In this document: positions 48,053 through 63,579 of the stretch, piece by piece
Position numbering within the stretch: the first letter of the stretch is position 1
Layout: the number at the start of each line of letters is the position of its first letter
Assembly (NCBI GenBank): GCA_002269645.1
Contig: NIVC01000955.1
Span: 1 to 64,000, forward strand
Length of the DNA stretch: 64,000 nt
Source: Macrostomum lignano
Taxonomy: Eukaryota
Direction: 5' to 3'
Notes under the pieces: model-generated
Told to the model about the DNA's origin: nothing
Databases searched by the model: none
Seen by the model: only the letters and a program-made list of their open reading frames with translations
Program-made: the position numbers and the translations under genes

Positions 48053-49079
48053 TAGCACAGCGCATAAGGGTTAGAGGGGCAGAGGAGAGGGTGATAACTT
48101 GACAATGGGGGCTTAAAGGGATAAGGAGAGAGGATGATCATAGAAGGGAAAAGGATGGGGCTAGAGGGGCAGAGGAGAAGGTGATAACTTGACAGTGGAG
48201 GGCTTGAAAGGATAATGAGAGAGGGTGAGCATAGAAGGGAAAAGGATAGGGCTAGAGGGGCAAAGACGAGAGGGTGATAACTTGACAGGAAGAGAGGTTA
48301 GGGGTTCAACTAGAGGACATAGTAGGGCTAAAAGGGAAGAGAAGGTACTAAAAGAGGATAGAGGCTAGAGGGTAGGAAAATAAGGCTAAAAGAGAAAATA
48401 TGGGGTTGGAAAAGAGAAAAGGTAAAGGCTAAAAAGGAAGATGGGGTAAGGCTAGAGGAGACAGTAGTACAACAAGGGGGAGAGGGTGGTTATCCCCCCT
48501 TAGACAGAGACTGGATCAAAGGGGAGACCAAGCAAATTTTTGCCAAAAACAAAGCCACTTCTTTATCTGCCTCCTGGGCCTTTACCTTCTAGAATCTCTC
48601 TTTTCAAAAAATTTCTAGTTGCATTATAGGCGCTTGAGGGAAAAAAGTTAAAGGCTAGATTAGAAGAAAAAGTCAAGGCTAGAAGTATATTATAACTCTT
48701 TATATATTGGCAATAAATAGCTAATAGCTACTAGCTAGTCTATAGATTTTTTATAGTTATATTTGTTAAGGAAAATTATTTTAAAAATGTTTATAAAATT
48801 TTATAATACAAGCTGTTGAAACCCGCGGATTTTGAACCCGGGGAATTCCAATCCCCGGAACTACTTTTGCATGTATTCTGAAATCTAAGGCCATCCCCCA
48901 TACACAAACAAATTAATAGTTAGTAGGATAGAGGTAGACATAAAATGGAGCACATTTGTGTAAAATTAGGTTTTGAGGCAAACGTTGATATTGTTTGCTG
49001 GAATGCTAGGGTACTCCACAGAATGCCAGGCAATGTCTGTCTGACTCTAAAACATGTATTGGCAAACTCTGGCCTCTCC

Positions 49080-49654
49080 CTATGTCCCTTGGATCCTTTA
49101 AAATTTCTATCGTCTCTTCTGTTTCCTTTCTTCTCTCTCATCCCTCGTCTCTCGTCTCTCCTCTCTTTTCTCTCCTCTCTTCTTTCGTATCTTCCCTCAT
49201 CTCTCTTCTCTTTCATCTCTCTTATCTCATCTCTTCCCTATTCTTTTCTCTCTCCTCTCCTCTCTCCTTTCTACTTTTCGTTTTCTCTCTGCTCTCCTCT
49301 CTCCTCTCTACTCTTTCGTTTTCTCTCTCCTCTCCTCTCTCTTCTCTCCCCCTCTTCTCTCGTCTCTTCCTTCTCCTCTCTATTCTTTTCTCTCTTCTCT
49401 TAACTCTCTCCTCTACTCTCTCATCTCTCCTCTCTACTCTTTCCTCTCTCTCCTCTCTCCCCTCTTCTCTCGTCTCTTCCCTCACCTCTTTCCTCTCTCT
49501 CTTTCCTCTCATCTCTTTTCTTGTTTTATCTCTTCTCTCTGCCCTCGTCGCTCGTCTCTTCCCTCACCTCTCTTCTCTCTCGTCCGCTCTTTTATCTCTC
49601 CTTTCTCTTCTTTTATATTTTCTCTCTTATCTCTTCTTGTCTCTCTCTGCTCTG

Positions 49655-49747
<93 letters not shown>

Positions 49748-50520
49748 ATCTCTCTTCTCCTCTCTACTCTCTCCCTGTCTCTCCTCTCTCCTCTAGTCTC
49801 TGTAATCTCTTCTCTCTTATCTCTCCTCTGTTCTCTCCACTCCCATCTCTCATCTGTTCATCTGCTCTCTCATCTGTCATCTTTACTCTCTAATACGTTC
49901 TCTCACTTATCTCCTCTGTACTCTTCTCTTCACCTCTTCTCACTCCTCTCTTTCCTTACTCCTCTCTTCTTTTCTTTTCCCTTTCTATACTCTCTCTCCT
50001 CTATTATCTTCTCTTGTCTCTCTGCACTCTCCTCTCACCTTTTTCATCTCTCATCTCTTCTTTGATCTGTCTCATCTCTACAATCTCATCTCTTTCCTCT
50101 CTCCTCCTCTTCCCTTTACTCTCTCATCTCTCCTTTCTCCCCTCTTCTTACACCCCTCTCTTATCTCTATCTCTTCTCTTCTCACCCCTTCTCTCCCCCT
50201 CTTATCTCCTCTCTTTTCTATCCATTCTACTCTCTCCTCTCTAATCTCTCATCTCCTCTTGACCCTCTGTCATCTTCTTTCTGCTCTCTCATCTCTCATC
50301 TCTTCTCACTCTTCTCTACTCTCCTCTCATCGATCCTCTGTCTCATCTCTCCCCTCTTCTCGCCTTTACTCTTTCCTCTCCCTCTTTTCTCCCCTCCTCT
50401 CACTTCTTCCTCCCTTCTTCTCTGCTCTCTCCTCACCACTTGTCTCTCCTCTCATATTCCATGTTTTCTCATATCCCCCTCTCGCCTCTCCTCTCTTCTA
50501 ATAGTCTATTCCTTCTCCTT
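49080..50520. repeat. CT-rich low-complexity tract including a pure (CT)n run
   Basis: Direct reading. Confidence 0.95.
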
Positions 50521-53500
50521 TCCACTCTCATCTGGCCCGCACATAAGCTGGATTCTTTATCTGGCTTTTGAAGTAAAAGTCTGCCCATTCCTGCTTGGTA
50601 AGCCATGCAGTTTGTGGGACGTACTACTCTCATGGCTGTTCTCATGCTTTGATCACGTCATTTTTCTTGCCAATTTGCAGCCCTGAAAGGAATTCGTGTA
50701 TTTTCAGCTCCACTGCAGTCTGCATCAGTCTAACAACCAAGGAAATAAGCATTTCTTAGGACATTTAAAATTTAAAGTACTTTTAAGAGAAACCTAAAAT
50801 TTCCATGGTGTGACTAATTTAGTAGGGTTGTATTGCATTGCATCGCCTTTTTATAAATCTTTCGCTTTTACAAACCATGCTGGATGGTGGATTCCCTCGG
50901 CCTCGATTTGCCAATTGCCAATTGCCATCCACTGTTAAACTGCTGCAGAGTTTGCCAATACAGAGGGGAGGGCAGTGGTTAGAATTTCTCACTAAACTGT
51001 CATGGCTAAACGTAGCCTCTCCACTCTCGGGGTGCAGAGAAGGCTATTAATAAAGTTATTCCAAAACACTGTACATTTGCTATGTACATTCAGTCCTATC
51101 GCCTGACCCTTCGTCTGGGCTGGGGGAATAAGTGAGTGAGTGGCACAAACAACAGAAAAAGCAGACAAACTTCACATGCTTACAGTTTCTTTTTCGGTTG
51201 AGTTAAAGAGTTGAAACTTTACATTTAGACAGAGAATGGGTCAATGAAGAATTGTGTCAAGTTTGAAGTCAATCGCTTTACGTGGAGCAAACTTATGGCA
51301 GCTGAAAGTTAGTCAATTTTGAAACCCTTTTACACATCTGGGCCCAGATTGGGAAAGAGAGGCAGGCGGGCGGAGGTTGGGGTGGCTGTCTCGCTGAAAA
51401 AAGCAGACTAACTTTAGAAGTGAACAGCGCCGTTCAGGATTAACTTTGAAACTCGAAATTTTACACGATTGTGTCACAATAGTTGAAGATTGATTGTGTC
51501 AAATTTGAAGAGAATCGGTAAAAGTGGAACGGTGCTATGGAGGATTAAGTGAAAAAATCGCGCATTTTGAGCAGTTTTTTATACTTTTAGGTAGGAAGAC
51601 TTGAGTCTAGGAAATTTAAAGGTAGCCTAAGACATTCTCCGTAGTAAGTTTAGGGTGGGTGTAAAGTTTGGTGTAATTTGGTTGAGCGGTTTGGGAGTCC
51701 ATAGCGAAGTAATTTGTCCACAGACAGACAGACAGAGTTTTGATTTTTATAGGTAGAGATTTATTATCATTTGGTTCCAATATATTTCAACCTTGAAGGT
51801 GTCTAATAATAGTTAGATGAAATGTATTAGCAACTCAAATAAATAACTAGGCTTAGGCCTAACACTTCATATTGATACTGACTTGTTAAAAATATAACAG
51901 TTTAAATATTGTTTTTAATTATATTAATATAGGCATAAACAATTTGGATCTACTATTGTTTATATATTAAAATCTATGTAGAATTTCCATACAAAAGAGC
52001 ATGATCTTATCTCATTATGATTTAGGTATATTCCTACTTTTGATATTCAAGACCATTTGTTGAAATATTTTAATGTAAATATATTATAAGATATAATATT
52101 TAGACCAGCATAGTTCTAGTTTACTGCGTTAAATTATTTCGCCTTCTATTCAAGGGTAGAGGCCTAGGGGGGTTGGAATATAACAAAGTAAACTAGAACT
52201 ATGAATATAGGCCTGCTTAGGCCTTTTATTTATAAAAAAACTAGGCCTAATTAAAAAAGGAGTAAATTAATTTTAGAATCACAAAGAAAAGACACTATTA
52301 TTAAAATTATTATTATTATATTTAGAACACATTTTGATATAACATGAAACTAAGCCTATCTATATATAATAGACATAATATAATTACAAAAGAAAATAAT
52401 CAATGAAATATAAAACTTTATATTAGTTAAGTCTAGGTCTAGGAAATATAATAATAACTAGGTAGTTTTGATCTATTACCACTGGCACTACTATTATTAC
52501 AGGCCTAGAAAGCTAATTAGGCTAAATAAGCAGTTGCATGTTTGCCCAAGAGGCTAAACCATTTGAATTCATAGTAGTAGGGCCTTTGAGTTTAAATTCA
52601 TTTAAATAATAAAAAATGGTTTGGAACTTTGGTGGTTATGTAAATTTTAAAGAAGTCTAGCTAAAGACAAAGTCTGAAGAGCAATAAATAAAATTAATCT
52701 GTAAAAAATTGGCAAAATTAATAGCTAGTGGTAAAATTAAAGATTTATTTTAGGTCCAAAGTCAGTCCAACAACATAAATAGGTCCATACCATAGCCATA
52801 GGATAGAGGGTATAAATATTATGCAAATTAAACTGCATTACTGCATATGCCAAATTGTAATATTAATACGCCTATGACTAGGTGAGATGGGCAACTTCGT
52901 AGACTATTAATACATTGGTTATTAGCCCTACATTTTTGCTAAGTAGAATAGAATTTTAGCTAGTAAGCTAGCCAGCATGGAATTATACAGTTTTTAGATA
53001 GTTTCGTAGCTAGCTCTCTAGCTTTTTTCTAAGAAATAATATCAACTGTGTCAACTTCTACACAGGAGCCTCAAAGGCATAATAATACGGGTAGGACTAT
53101 CCATCGACGGGTATTATCTGCCTTTAAGGCTCCCGTGAAGAGGTATTTTTGAGCCTTACGTTGTGACACGGGTGACTGAATTTAGACACTAATAAGCGCA
53201 ATTTACAACTTCATACTAAATGCTAAAAGGATTTATTACGTCTATTTTACTGATTCAGTGCGTGCAAATAATTTTAAGATTTTCTAAACGATATAAGTGA
53301 AACTTTGTTTTTCTATATTTCCTAAAACTTAATTTTACTTTAACCATTTTAAATGCTTTATACTACGTTCTAAGAAAATTATTCAAACTTACTTACTTAC
53401 TTACTACTACTACTACTAAAAAATGAATGCCTACTAAGAAAATGAGAGCCATAAAAATGAATACCATGAAAACTACAACTGCTAGAGTTAGGCCTAGTTG

Positions 53501-56199
53501 GCAATGTTGTATTGATAATATCTTATCCTTAGGCCTATCAGAGCTTCTCAGCAAGCAGTTTTGGCACACCTACTGGCTTAGCCAGATTATTTTTATTTAT
53601 GGTTACACTTTGCAAATAAAATACATTATTATACTTAATGTACTAATACTAGGTCAAAATGAGGCAAAAATTAACTGGCTGAATTTCAATCAAAATCTAA
53701 GTGGAATTGGTTCTACTTAGGCCTTACCTTATTGGTTCTATTACTAGTTCTGCACGCTTGTATGCCTGCTCAGGGGAGTTGGCGGAATGGGCAGTAATGC
53801 CTCTCGTTGGTTATGTGTTGATGTCACTTAAAGTGCGCCAGGGTGCACACACCCTCCTGCCTCTAATAAAAAATAGAATTGGTGGTATAATTGGGTGGAA
53901 CGTGGAAGTTCTAAGATGTATGCAACGCAAGGTGATTTTTGATTTGCCTAGCAATAGCATGCTGTTTTATGAGTGTAATATTAATATATGCATATGCAGT
54001 CTTCTGCACATTATTATGTACCTTATTCCACACATTTTCTACATGTCTACTTTTTAAACATATGAAAAAATATAGTAATAAAAATATGTTTTAATATGTA
54101 ATTACTAATAGGCCTATGTAACATGACAAAGCTACAAATCTATCTATAAATGGCAGTTCTCTTAATTCAACTTAGGCCTACTAATAACTGCTTTGTTTCT
54201 TTGATTTAAATTTGCTTATTTGTGTATTTTGTTTCATTTTTTGCCAATTAATTACCTGATATGGGTTTTCAAACACTATAGTATGTTTTGTTTAAGTTTT
54301 TTAACCATTACATTAGTATGATCTTTTCATTGTTGATATTGATAAGTAGTCACTTTTCTCAATTTTTTTCTCTATCCTCTTTGCAATATTGCCTCTATGC
54401 ATACAACTCATTTCTAACTCAATTTAAAACTTTGCAATTATAGTAGGCCCTACTATGTTGCCAAATAGCTAAAATGATTAGGGCCTAGAGCCAAATGCCA
54501 AAACTAATAGGGAGTATTAAAAATCCCTTTTTATTACTTTTTAGAAAATGTAACATAAGTCTATCAAAAGTATTCAGTTTTTTTAAAATGTTTAGATAAC
54601 TTTAACATCAATTTTTAGTACATTAGAGTGTTATATTTGTGACAAAGTGAACAATAATGTAGTTATAAAATATGCTATTGCTAAGAATGTATAATTTATT
54701 TTTACTTAATTGACAGCCATTTTACAATTAAAAGGGGCAGGCTTCTATAGTATTTAATATATAATAATGAAAGAATATCAAGAAGGGCCTTTAGTCTAGC
54801 ATGTAAAAGATTCTTTGCAGTATAGACTTAGACTATAGTGTGTGATTAGTCATAGGACAATAATTGTACTTCAAAATAATACATTTTTAAGATACAATGA
54901 AAACAAACTTAAGTAATGATTAGATTAGCTATGAATAGATCAGATTAATTAATTAAGATTACATTGAAAAGTCACAAATATCAATGTTACGCTTGAATAA
55001 TCTATAAAGTATTGGACAGACAGAATTTGACACTGTCATACCTGCCCCTCTTCTTAAAAAATGGCAAGCTTGAATGTAGAAGAAGCACCCAATTCTACTT
55101 AGATAATATTGATCAAATGTTCAAATAAGGCTTTAAAAATATGCAAACAGTAAAAAGCACTAAGTGTAAATGCAAGATTATTATAATTCAAGTCATGCAT
55201 TTAGACTATTAATATTTAGTGGAATAAACATTGATTAGCAAAGAATTAATCATTGCAAAATTTTCAATAGGATTATTGGCAAGTCAAAAGCAGATGCAGC
55301 AATATTAGAAGTGTAAAGTTACCGATGCAACAGAGTTGAGAAGGCAAAAATGATGCAGAATGCATCCGCTGCAGAGTGCAGCCCCCAATAGGTCGGGTGC
55401 TGGATTCTGAATCACATGTCAAGTTCAAACGTTAATTTAAGCTCCGTTGTCGACTCCTGCCTCAATCCAGGTACTGCATTGGTGGCCAAATGCCAATGCA
55501 CATGGTTTGATCTCCATGGCATTGGCTAGGCGTCTGGTGGCTTGGCAGCAGGACCAGCATTCTGCCCAGCTAGTTCAATTAGGTCCATAGTGGTCCCCAG
55601 GCTTTTGTCATTGCCGCTTGCAGTGTTGCAACCCTCTTGCTTAGTCAGGATGTAGCGACGCAGATGCTTGCTTATAGACAAAAGATCAAGACAAGACAAA
55701 TTTTGATGGGCAATTTGTCTACAAGCAATTCTCATAGACCCAAACCATTCCATGGCCTAAATGGTCTGGGAGCAAAATGTCTATGGCTTAAACAATGTAT
55801 GGGTAAAACAACTGGTTAACATAAATAATGAAGTATATATTATATAAAAATTTAATAAAATATACAATTAAAAAGATAGTTTAACTTATTCTCTTTTTTT
55901 CTAATTTAAATCTTATAACAATTATCAAATTTAGAAATTTAGAAAAAGAACTTTGAAATATTAAATTTGATAAATAAAAGTATACTTATATTTATAAACA
56001 ACATCTTATTGTATATTGTAACTAATATTCCTAACATGGCATATAATAGATGTATTTCAATATTTAAAGTATACTAGATATTAGTATATAATATATTTGA
56101 TTAGGTTTAAATTTTACTTAAAAAGTATCTACTAGCAGATTAAACAATGGTAGACAAAATGACTATGCAGTATGCCTCAATTTTGTTTCTTTTTTAGAG

Positions 56200-57520
56200 A
56201 TTAAAGTGTATAGGCAAATCATTAGGATCATGGTATATATGCCTTAGAATATATTTAAAACCCAAAAACTTTCTGCTTCAATGCCCTAATTTCTTGAAAC
56301 TCAGACTCAAAATCTGTCCTAATGCCTTGAAGTATTCTTAATATCTGCCTTGATGTTTATCTAATTTAGTCATTTAGTCATTTTCATCTAGATCTACATT
56401 GTAGTATTGGCCAACAAATAGGCAACATGGCTTGGCTCTAGCATGCCAATCAACCAATTTGCTATTCCTTATCATATATGCCTAACCTCAAAATTTCACC
56501 CATCTGGTGCAACTTAGTTTTGTCCAGATTTGCGACTTACCTATGTGCAATTGTGACTTAGTTCCCCTGATTGCGACTTAATTTTCACTTTGTATATGAC
56601 TTTTCTTGTCTTTTTCTCTTTTTTTCTCGCTTTCTCTTTCTCTCTCCTCTTTCCCTCTCTCTTTTCTCCCTCTTTTCTTTTCCCTTTCTCTTCCTCTTCT
56701 TTTTTCTTCCCCCAATTATTTTATTTTTTGTTTTTTATTTTGTGACTTACCTTGGCTGGCAACCATTTCACCCACCAAAGTCTGATCTAGTAATTTCTAT
56801 ATAGTATAATACTTTTTCTATAATAGCCAAAATATAAAAATTTTTATAGATATATGTGGAAATTGAAATGAAAGTATATATTCATTTAAAATATAAATAG
56901 TAGCCTTGACTTGTTTATATAATTTGTTTTAATTAATCTGTTCTTTCAACTATATAGCTAACTCTTATAACATAACAACCTCAAATATTATGCTTGACTA
57001 TAGATATGTTTTGTGCATAGTGTAGAAAAGGCCATATGATTTAGAAAAAATGGTTTTTTTCATTGAAAATTCAATAAACATTTAGCCTATGGCAAAGCAA
57101 AGCAGGGCAAGATGGGGCAAGGATAGGTCAAGGCAGGGCAAAGCAAGGCAGGTGCTACTAGGTCCAAGATAGTGGGATATAGGGAGTAGCAAAATGGTTG
57201 ACTAGACTGGCATGCTAGAGCCAAGCCATGTTGCTTATTTGTTGGCTAATCTTATTATGTGGATCTGGATAAAAGTGACTAAATGAATAAATTGGACCTT
57301 AGGGCAAGTCAGAAATTGTGACTAGGCCTTTTTCAAGGCATCAAGGTTGATTTTTAGTCTGATTACATCCATTGGGGCATTGGGGCAGATTTTGAGTTTT
57401 GGGGCATCAAGGCAGAAACTTTTTTGGTCTTAGATATATTCCAAAGCATGTATGCTATAGGCTATAGGCCCTATTATAATGGTTCCTAAAGATTTTCCTA
57501 GGTGATTTTGGCAAGAGGTT
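56200..57520. mobile_element. Old foldback-type element with diverged inverted arms
   Basis: ccaacaaataggcaacatggcttggctctagcatgcc (about 56411) is inverted at about 57208 (ggcatgctagagccaagccatgttgcttatttgttgg), with further matching blocks outward. Confidence 0.55.
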
Positions 57521-58255
57521 TTGACAATTGCAACAGGATCTATCAAAGCAGGTTTTATTGATAAAACTTGCAATGGTAACTCAATGACAATCAATGGCAA
57601 TGGCAACTAAGGAGTTTTGAAAGTAGGGACTACTTAAAGTAGTTCTGCATTATTGTACTTTTAATCTCCTATTCTCCTTACAATCTGCTAATAGCTTTTG
57701 TTTATATCCCTGCAGCCTTAGCCTTCTATTCACTAGCCTGCATGTTTAAAAGAGTACTAAATCAGAGCAGGACAACTGGGTTATGATCTTCAACTGACAA
57801 ATATCTTAGCTACAGATATTACTACTTGCAAATGAATGATTGAATTATTGCAAAGCAGGATCAGGATCCTGGTGGTCAATTTTGGGATTTTTGAATCCTA
57901 TACAATTGTGATCCTGGGTTTAGGATTATTATTAGGGATTTTTTTGTTTATTCCATAAACAGCTCGTAATTTGTTTTTTGTTTTTTAACTGCCTTTGTTT
58001 TTTATAAAAAATACTCAAAATTTGTTCAAAATTTGTTATGTATATATATATTTCACCTGTCTTTTGCATGCTAATCTCAAAAGTTTATTGTAAATTGGCT
58101 CAGCTGGTATCAGAAATCATGTAAACAAATGCCTGCATCACAATCATCATCAGCAGCATACTACTGTTAACTCATAGTAGTTGAAAGCGCTAATCAAGTG
58201 GATTTCTAATTGTCTTCATTAAATTTTATTAGCCATTAGCAGAGTCCAGTCCCAC

Positions 58256-61200
58256 ATGCTTCGGTCTATCCGACTACTTCACCGCGGCTCATCGATGGAG
58301 GCGACCTCATCGCCGCCTCGGCCTCTCCTGACCTCCATGGTGAAGAATGGCATACTGATCCTAGTGTTCTATGGCTTCTCCATCACATTGACATTCTGCA
58401 ATAAGAAGTACATCACAATGTATCCGTATCCACTGTCCATGACTATCTGCCATCTGTTAGTGAAGTTCTGCTTGGCTTGGCTGCTCCGCTCCCTGCTGCA
58501 ATGGTGGCGCCAGACGCCACGGCCCGAGCTGCCTTGGCGACCGTATATTAAGCGGGTAGCGCTGACTGGCGTGGCCGGCTCGTTAGACATTGGCCTGTCT
58601 AATTGGAGCTTCGAGTTCATCTCGATATCGCTGTACACGATGACTAAGTCTAGCGCTGTCGTGTTCATTCTATTGTTTGCCATTGTCTTTCGAATTGAAG
58701 AGCGGGTGAGTTCGATTGAGCTTCTTCTGTTAACTAATTGGCTTATTAAACTTCTAGATTATGAATACTGATCCAGTAGCGTTTCCCAATTGCAGTGAGG
58801 TAGATATTATCGAGTATGCAATTAATATTCAATTAAAGGCAGGTAAAAAAGGAATTAACCGCTTTTGTGTTTAATTTTTTTTATATTATTACCTGGTGTG
58901 ATTTGTGTTTTAATGTCTGCCCATACTTTATAATAATGAAAAACTAATTGAATTCGAAACAGGCTCACAAGTATCTTTGTTGAGAGCATCTTAGCGTATA
59001 GGTTTTGAATATTGCGAGAAGAAAGGATCCCCACAGATGATCTGACCATATATGGAAGCAGGGATTTCCCACAGTTTTTATTATTTTTGGAATCAGGTAT
59101 TCCCCACAGATTCTCTGATTATTCATGGAATCAGGGATTCCTTACAGATTCTCTGATTATTCATGGAATCAGGGATTCCTTACAGATTCTCTGACCATAT
59201 ATAGAAGCAGGGATTTCCCAAAGATTCTCTGACCATATATGGAAGCAAAGGATTCCCCACAGATTCTCAGACCATATATGGAAGCAGGGATTCCCCACAG
59301 ATTCTCAGACGATATATGGAAGCAGGGATTTCCCACAGATTCTCTGACCATATATAGAAGCAGGGATTTCCCAAAGATTCTCTGACCATATATGGAAGCA
59401 AAGGATTCCCCACAGATTCTCAGACCATATATGGAAGCAGGGATTCCCCACAGATTCTCAGACGATATATGGAAGCAGGGATTTCCCACAGATTCTCTGA
59501 CCATATATGGAAGCAGGGATTCCCCACCGATTCTCTGATCATCTATAGTAGCAAAGGATTTCCCACAGATTCTCTGACCATATATGGAAGCAGGGACTCC
59601 CCACAGGTTCTCTGACCATATATGGAAGCAGGGACTCCCCACAGGTTCTCTGACCATATATGGAAGCAGGGACTCCCCACAGGTTCTCTGACCATATATG
59701 GAAGCAGGATTCCCCACCGATTCTCTGATCATATATAGTAGCAAAGGATTTCCCACAGATTCTCAGACCATATCTGGAAGCAAAGGATTCTCCAAAGGTT
59801 CTCTGACCATATATGAAAGCAGTGATTGTGCTGTTGCTAACGTTCTTTAGTTTAAGTAAAAAATTGAGTACAGTGGAAAACTTTCTCTTTAAATTCTAAT
59901 CATAATAGTCTGCTTTTTTGTTACTGCTTTTGTCAACCTCAGCATAAAACCCTGAGAAGTAAACTAGGCGGTAAGTTACAATTAATGATATATTCTTTAC
60001 TACATAGATAGATTGCTGGTATATTAAAGTAGGGCATTAGTATGGTTATTGTTTTCATCAAACCTTTGCCTTGTTCTACTAAACAGTTGTGCGCATACAA
60101 GCATAAAAAATATTGGTTCCTGCATTAAAGAATCGAAATTAATCCAAGCCAAGCCAGTCGCAAGCTTTCGCGCGCTTAGTTGAGAAAACCTGCATTCAAT
60201 TGAAGAATGGTGGCTTCAAGTGATCAGTCGCTGATTAAACAAACGGGATATCGTCAACAGAGCCAACCCCTGTCATCTTCACAGTCTCGAAATTTTATAA
60301 ACTTGAGTTTTCACAACGTCAGGATTTCACATCAAAAATAAAAAATTCAGCATACTTAAAAAAACTCGAATTTTCACAAACCCCAAATTTTAGAAAGTCG
60401 AATAGTCTCCTATCTCTCCAGTGTATTTCGACGTTGTGAACTTTATGGTTTGTGAAAATTCGGGTTTGTGACGACCCACCTCTCCAGTGTATTTCGACAT
60501 TGTTAACTTTCTGGTTTGTGAAAATTCGGGTTTGTTAAGACTCCCACCTCTCCAGTGTATTTCGACATTGTGAACTTTCGGGTTTGTGAAAATTCGGGTT
60601 TGTTAAGACTCCCACCTCTCCAGTGTATTTCGACATTGTGAACTTTCGGGTTTGTGAAAATTCGGGTTTGTTAAGACTCCCACCTCTCCAGTGTATTTCG
60701 ACATTGTGAACTTTCGGGTTTGTGAAAATTCGGGTTTGTTAAGACTCCCACCTCTCCAGTGTATTTCGACATTGTGAACTTTCGGGTTTGTGAAAATTCG
60801 GGTTTGTTAAGACTCCCACCTCTCCAGTGTATTTCGACATTGTGAACTTTCGGGTTTGTGAAAATTCGGGTTTGTTAAGACTCCCATCTCTTCAGTGTAT
60901 TTCGACATTGTGAACTTTCGGGTTTGTGAAGCGACTCCTTTCACAGACACCCTGCCCCAGCGTTGCAGCCGATCAGCTCTCACTGTCACCTTGAACCTGC
61001 GCCTGATCATATACACTGTCTTCAGTCTGATGTCTAGCATCTTACCTCTCTCGATAGTCGCAATGACCAACGCGTGTACTTCACATTCGAAATTCTCTGG
61101 CAGGTATGAGTGGATTTTGACAGCGCTGGTCTTAAATCGTGCGAAGATTTTCTTAAATCGAATGCAAGTTTTCTCAACTAGCTATACTAGCGGAATTATT

Positions 61201-63294
61201 TTCCTCTATATGAGATGGATGCAGCTAGACTTTGAGCCAATATAGCGGTCAATGATGACTGATATGTGCATTTGTTATATAATTTTTCCTGTGTACATTT
61301 TCTAATAAATCTGTGCTTGTATCCCTGTGAGTAGACTGGTTCAGTTGCGGTTTTTTCTGTTTAGGAACAGAAATACAGCCGATTTTCGCCCTAATTACCC
61401 TAATCTCCTACTCAAGCTGAATAAAATTTTTATTGCTCACTTAAAAACCTTGGTAGACAAAAATTTGATGCTACTGTTACATTTGGTAGAGCTGCTTATT
61501 TAGCACACGAGAAATTATTACAGATAAAATGCTTTTATGGTAGTTATGGTTTAGACAGAGTAGACAGTCTGACTTCTCGCGCCACGACCCCCTGAATCTG
61601 ATTTGATTGGACGAGAGATGGGGTGGATGAACTGATTGGTCACTTAGGCAGAGAGTATGATGTACATTGATTGCGCGTGGCGAGGGACAGTTGAATTGAC
61701 CATTAGATATTAGACTAGCAAAATCTAGTGCTCCCCCTTCTGGGCGCCCAATAATCAAGGGAAAAAAATTATTAACGTGATGAATCCTGTTTTCTTTGAT
61801 ACCTAAACAATTCCCCCCCCCGTAAGCCTTGACATCTCAGAAGTTCCCCCAGTAAGCCTTGACCTCTCAGCAATTCCTGAGTCAAGTACGAGTAAGCCTT
61901 GACTTGCGTCAGAGCGCCCTCCTGAGAATGCTGATTTCACTATACCAGCAACTGAAAGCAATATTGCAACACGCCGCCTCATCCAAACGCAGCGCTGGTC
62001 TCTGATAGCCGTAGTGCTGCTCATCTCAACCGGGTTGCTGTTATTCACTTACAAGAGTACGCAGTTTCACACTGGCGGATTCCTGCTCGTACTATTGGCC
62101 TCGTTTGTGTCCGGCGCCAGGTGGACAGCGGCTCAGGTTGCTACGCAACGGGCAGAATTAGGCTTAGCCAATCCCGTTGACATGATCTATCATGTGCAGC
62201 CCTGGATGATCCTGGCACTGCTGCCTCTGGCCGTGGTGTTTGAAGGCGTCGAAGTCGGCACCACGGCGAACGCTTTTCGGGCCGACTCCGCCGAGGCGGC
62301 TCTGCGCACCCTGGGTGCCCTCACTGGCGGAGCCCTGCTGGCCTTCGGGCTGGAGTTCTCCGAGTACCTGCTCATCCACCACACCAGCTCGCTCACGCTG
62401 TCCGTGTCCGGCATATTCAAGGTAATCATATTCACTGACTGACTGACTGACTGACTGACTGACTGACTGACTGACTGACTGACTGACTGACTGTCTGACT
62501 GACTGACTGACTGACTGACTGACTGACTGACTGACTGACTGTCTGACTGACTGACTGACTGACTGACTGACTGACTGACTGACTGACTGTCTGACTGACT
62601 TACTGTCTGACTGACTGTCTGACTGACTGACTGACTGACTGACTGACTGACTGTCTGTCTGACTGTCTGTCTGTCTGTCTGTCTGTCTGTCTGACTGACT
62701 GACTGGCTGACTGACTGACTGACTGACTGACTATCTGACTGACTGACTGACTGACTGACTGACTGACTGACTGACTGACTGACTGTCTGACTGTCTGTCA
62801 GTCTGACTGACTGACTGACTGACTGACTGACTGACTGACTGACTGACTATCTGACTGACTGACTGACTGACTATCTGACTGACTGACTGACTGACTGACT
62901 GACTGACTGACTGACTGACTGACTGACTGACTGACTGACTGACTGACTGACTGACTGACTGACTGAAAAAAATAGAAGAGAGACAATGGCCTGAAAGATC
63001 TGCGTTAACTGGGTCCCTTGTGGGCCACACTGTGATCTTACTTCTAAAGCTAGAATGTGTTAGTGAGTGCCTAAATAAGTGGATTTCTTTCTTTAATGCT
63101 CAAATTCATCAAATTATAATGGCAAGAAAACTGTAATGTTTGTTTAATTCTCTTCAATTCCCAGGAGATCTGCACTATCTATCTGGCGTCGCAGATTCAC
63201 TCGGACCCAATCACTGTGGTTAATTGGATTGGCATGTTCACCTGTTTAAGCGGCATTGGGCTGCACTGCGTACTGAAATTTGGTCGCCAAGCGC
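58256..63294 (+). CDS. SLC35C2: Host solute carrier family 35 member C2-like nucleotide-sugar transporter. Exons 58256-58705, 61993-62421, 63165-63294; continues beyond
   Basis: FSITLTFCNK, SLDIGLSNWSFEFISISLYTMTKSS, LFTYKSTQF, RWTAAQ...ELGLANPVD, TSSLTLSVSGIFK|EICT...NWIG. Canonical GT-AG junctions in phase. Start may instead be the ATG at 58295. Confidence 0.92.
59025..59825. repeat. About 38-bp minisatellite (intronic)
   Basis: gcagggattccccacagattctctgaccatatatggaa. Confidence 0.9.
60405..60930. repeat. 68-bp minisatellite (intronic)
   Basis: cccacctctccagtgtatttcgacattgtgaactttcgggtttgtgaaaattcgggtttgttaagact. Confidence 0.92.
62434..62965. repeat. (CTGA)n microsatellite (intronic)
   Basis: Direct reading. 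Confidence 0.96.
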
Positions 63295-63579
63295 GTGAGT
63301 TACATTAAATGCAACACGAATTCTTGGAAGATTTCCCGTGAAAAAAACTAGTGCACTTTTATTTCTAGTTTATTGTATGGTTTTTACAAGCACTACTCAA
63401 GTAGAAGGATGGGAAACTGTGTTTCGGGTTTTGCTGGAAAAATACGCTATGGAAATGAGAGGTTTTCATTTTTCAGCACAAAAATTATTGCTTTTGATGG
63501 GAGGCAGACCCAATGTTCATCTTTTGATATGACTTGCCTTTCTTATGACTTTATGGATATTCATAAAGCTTTTCGTTTA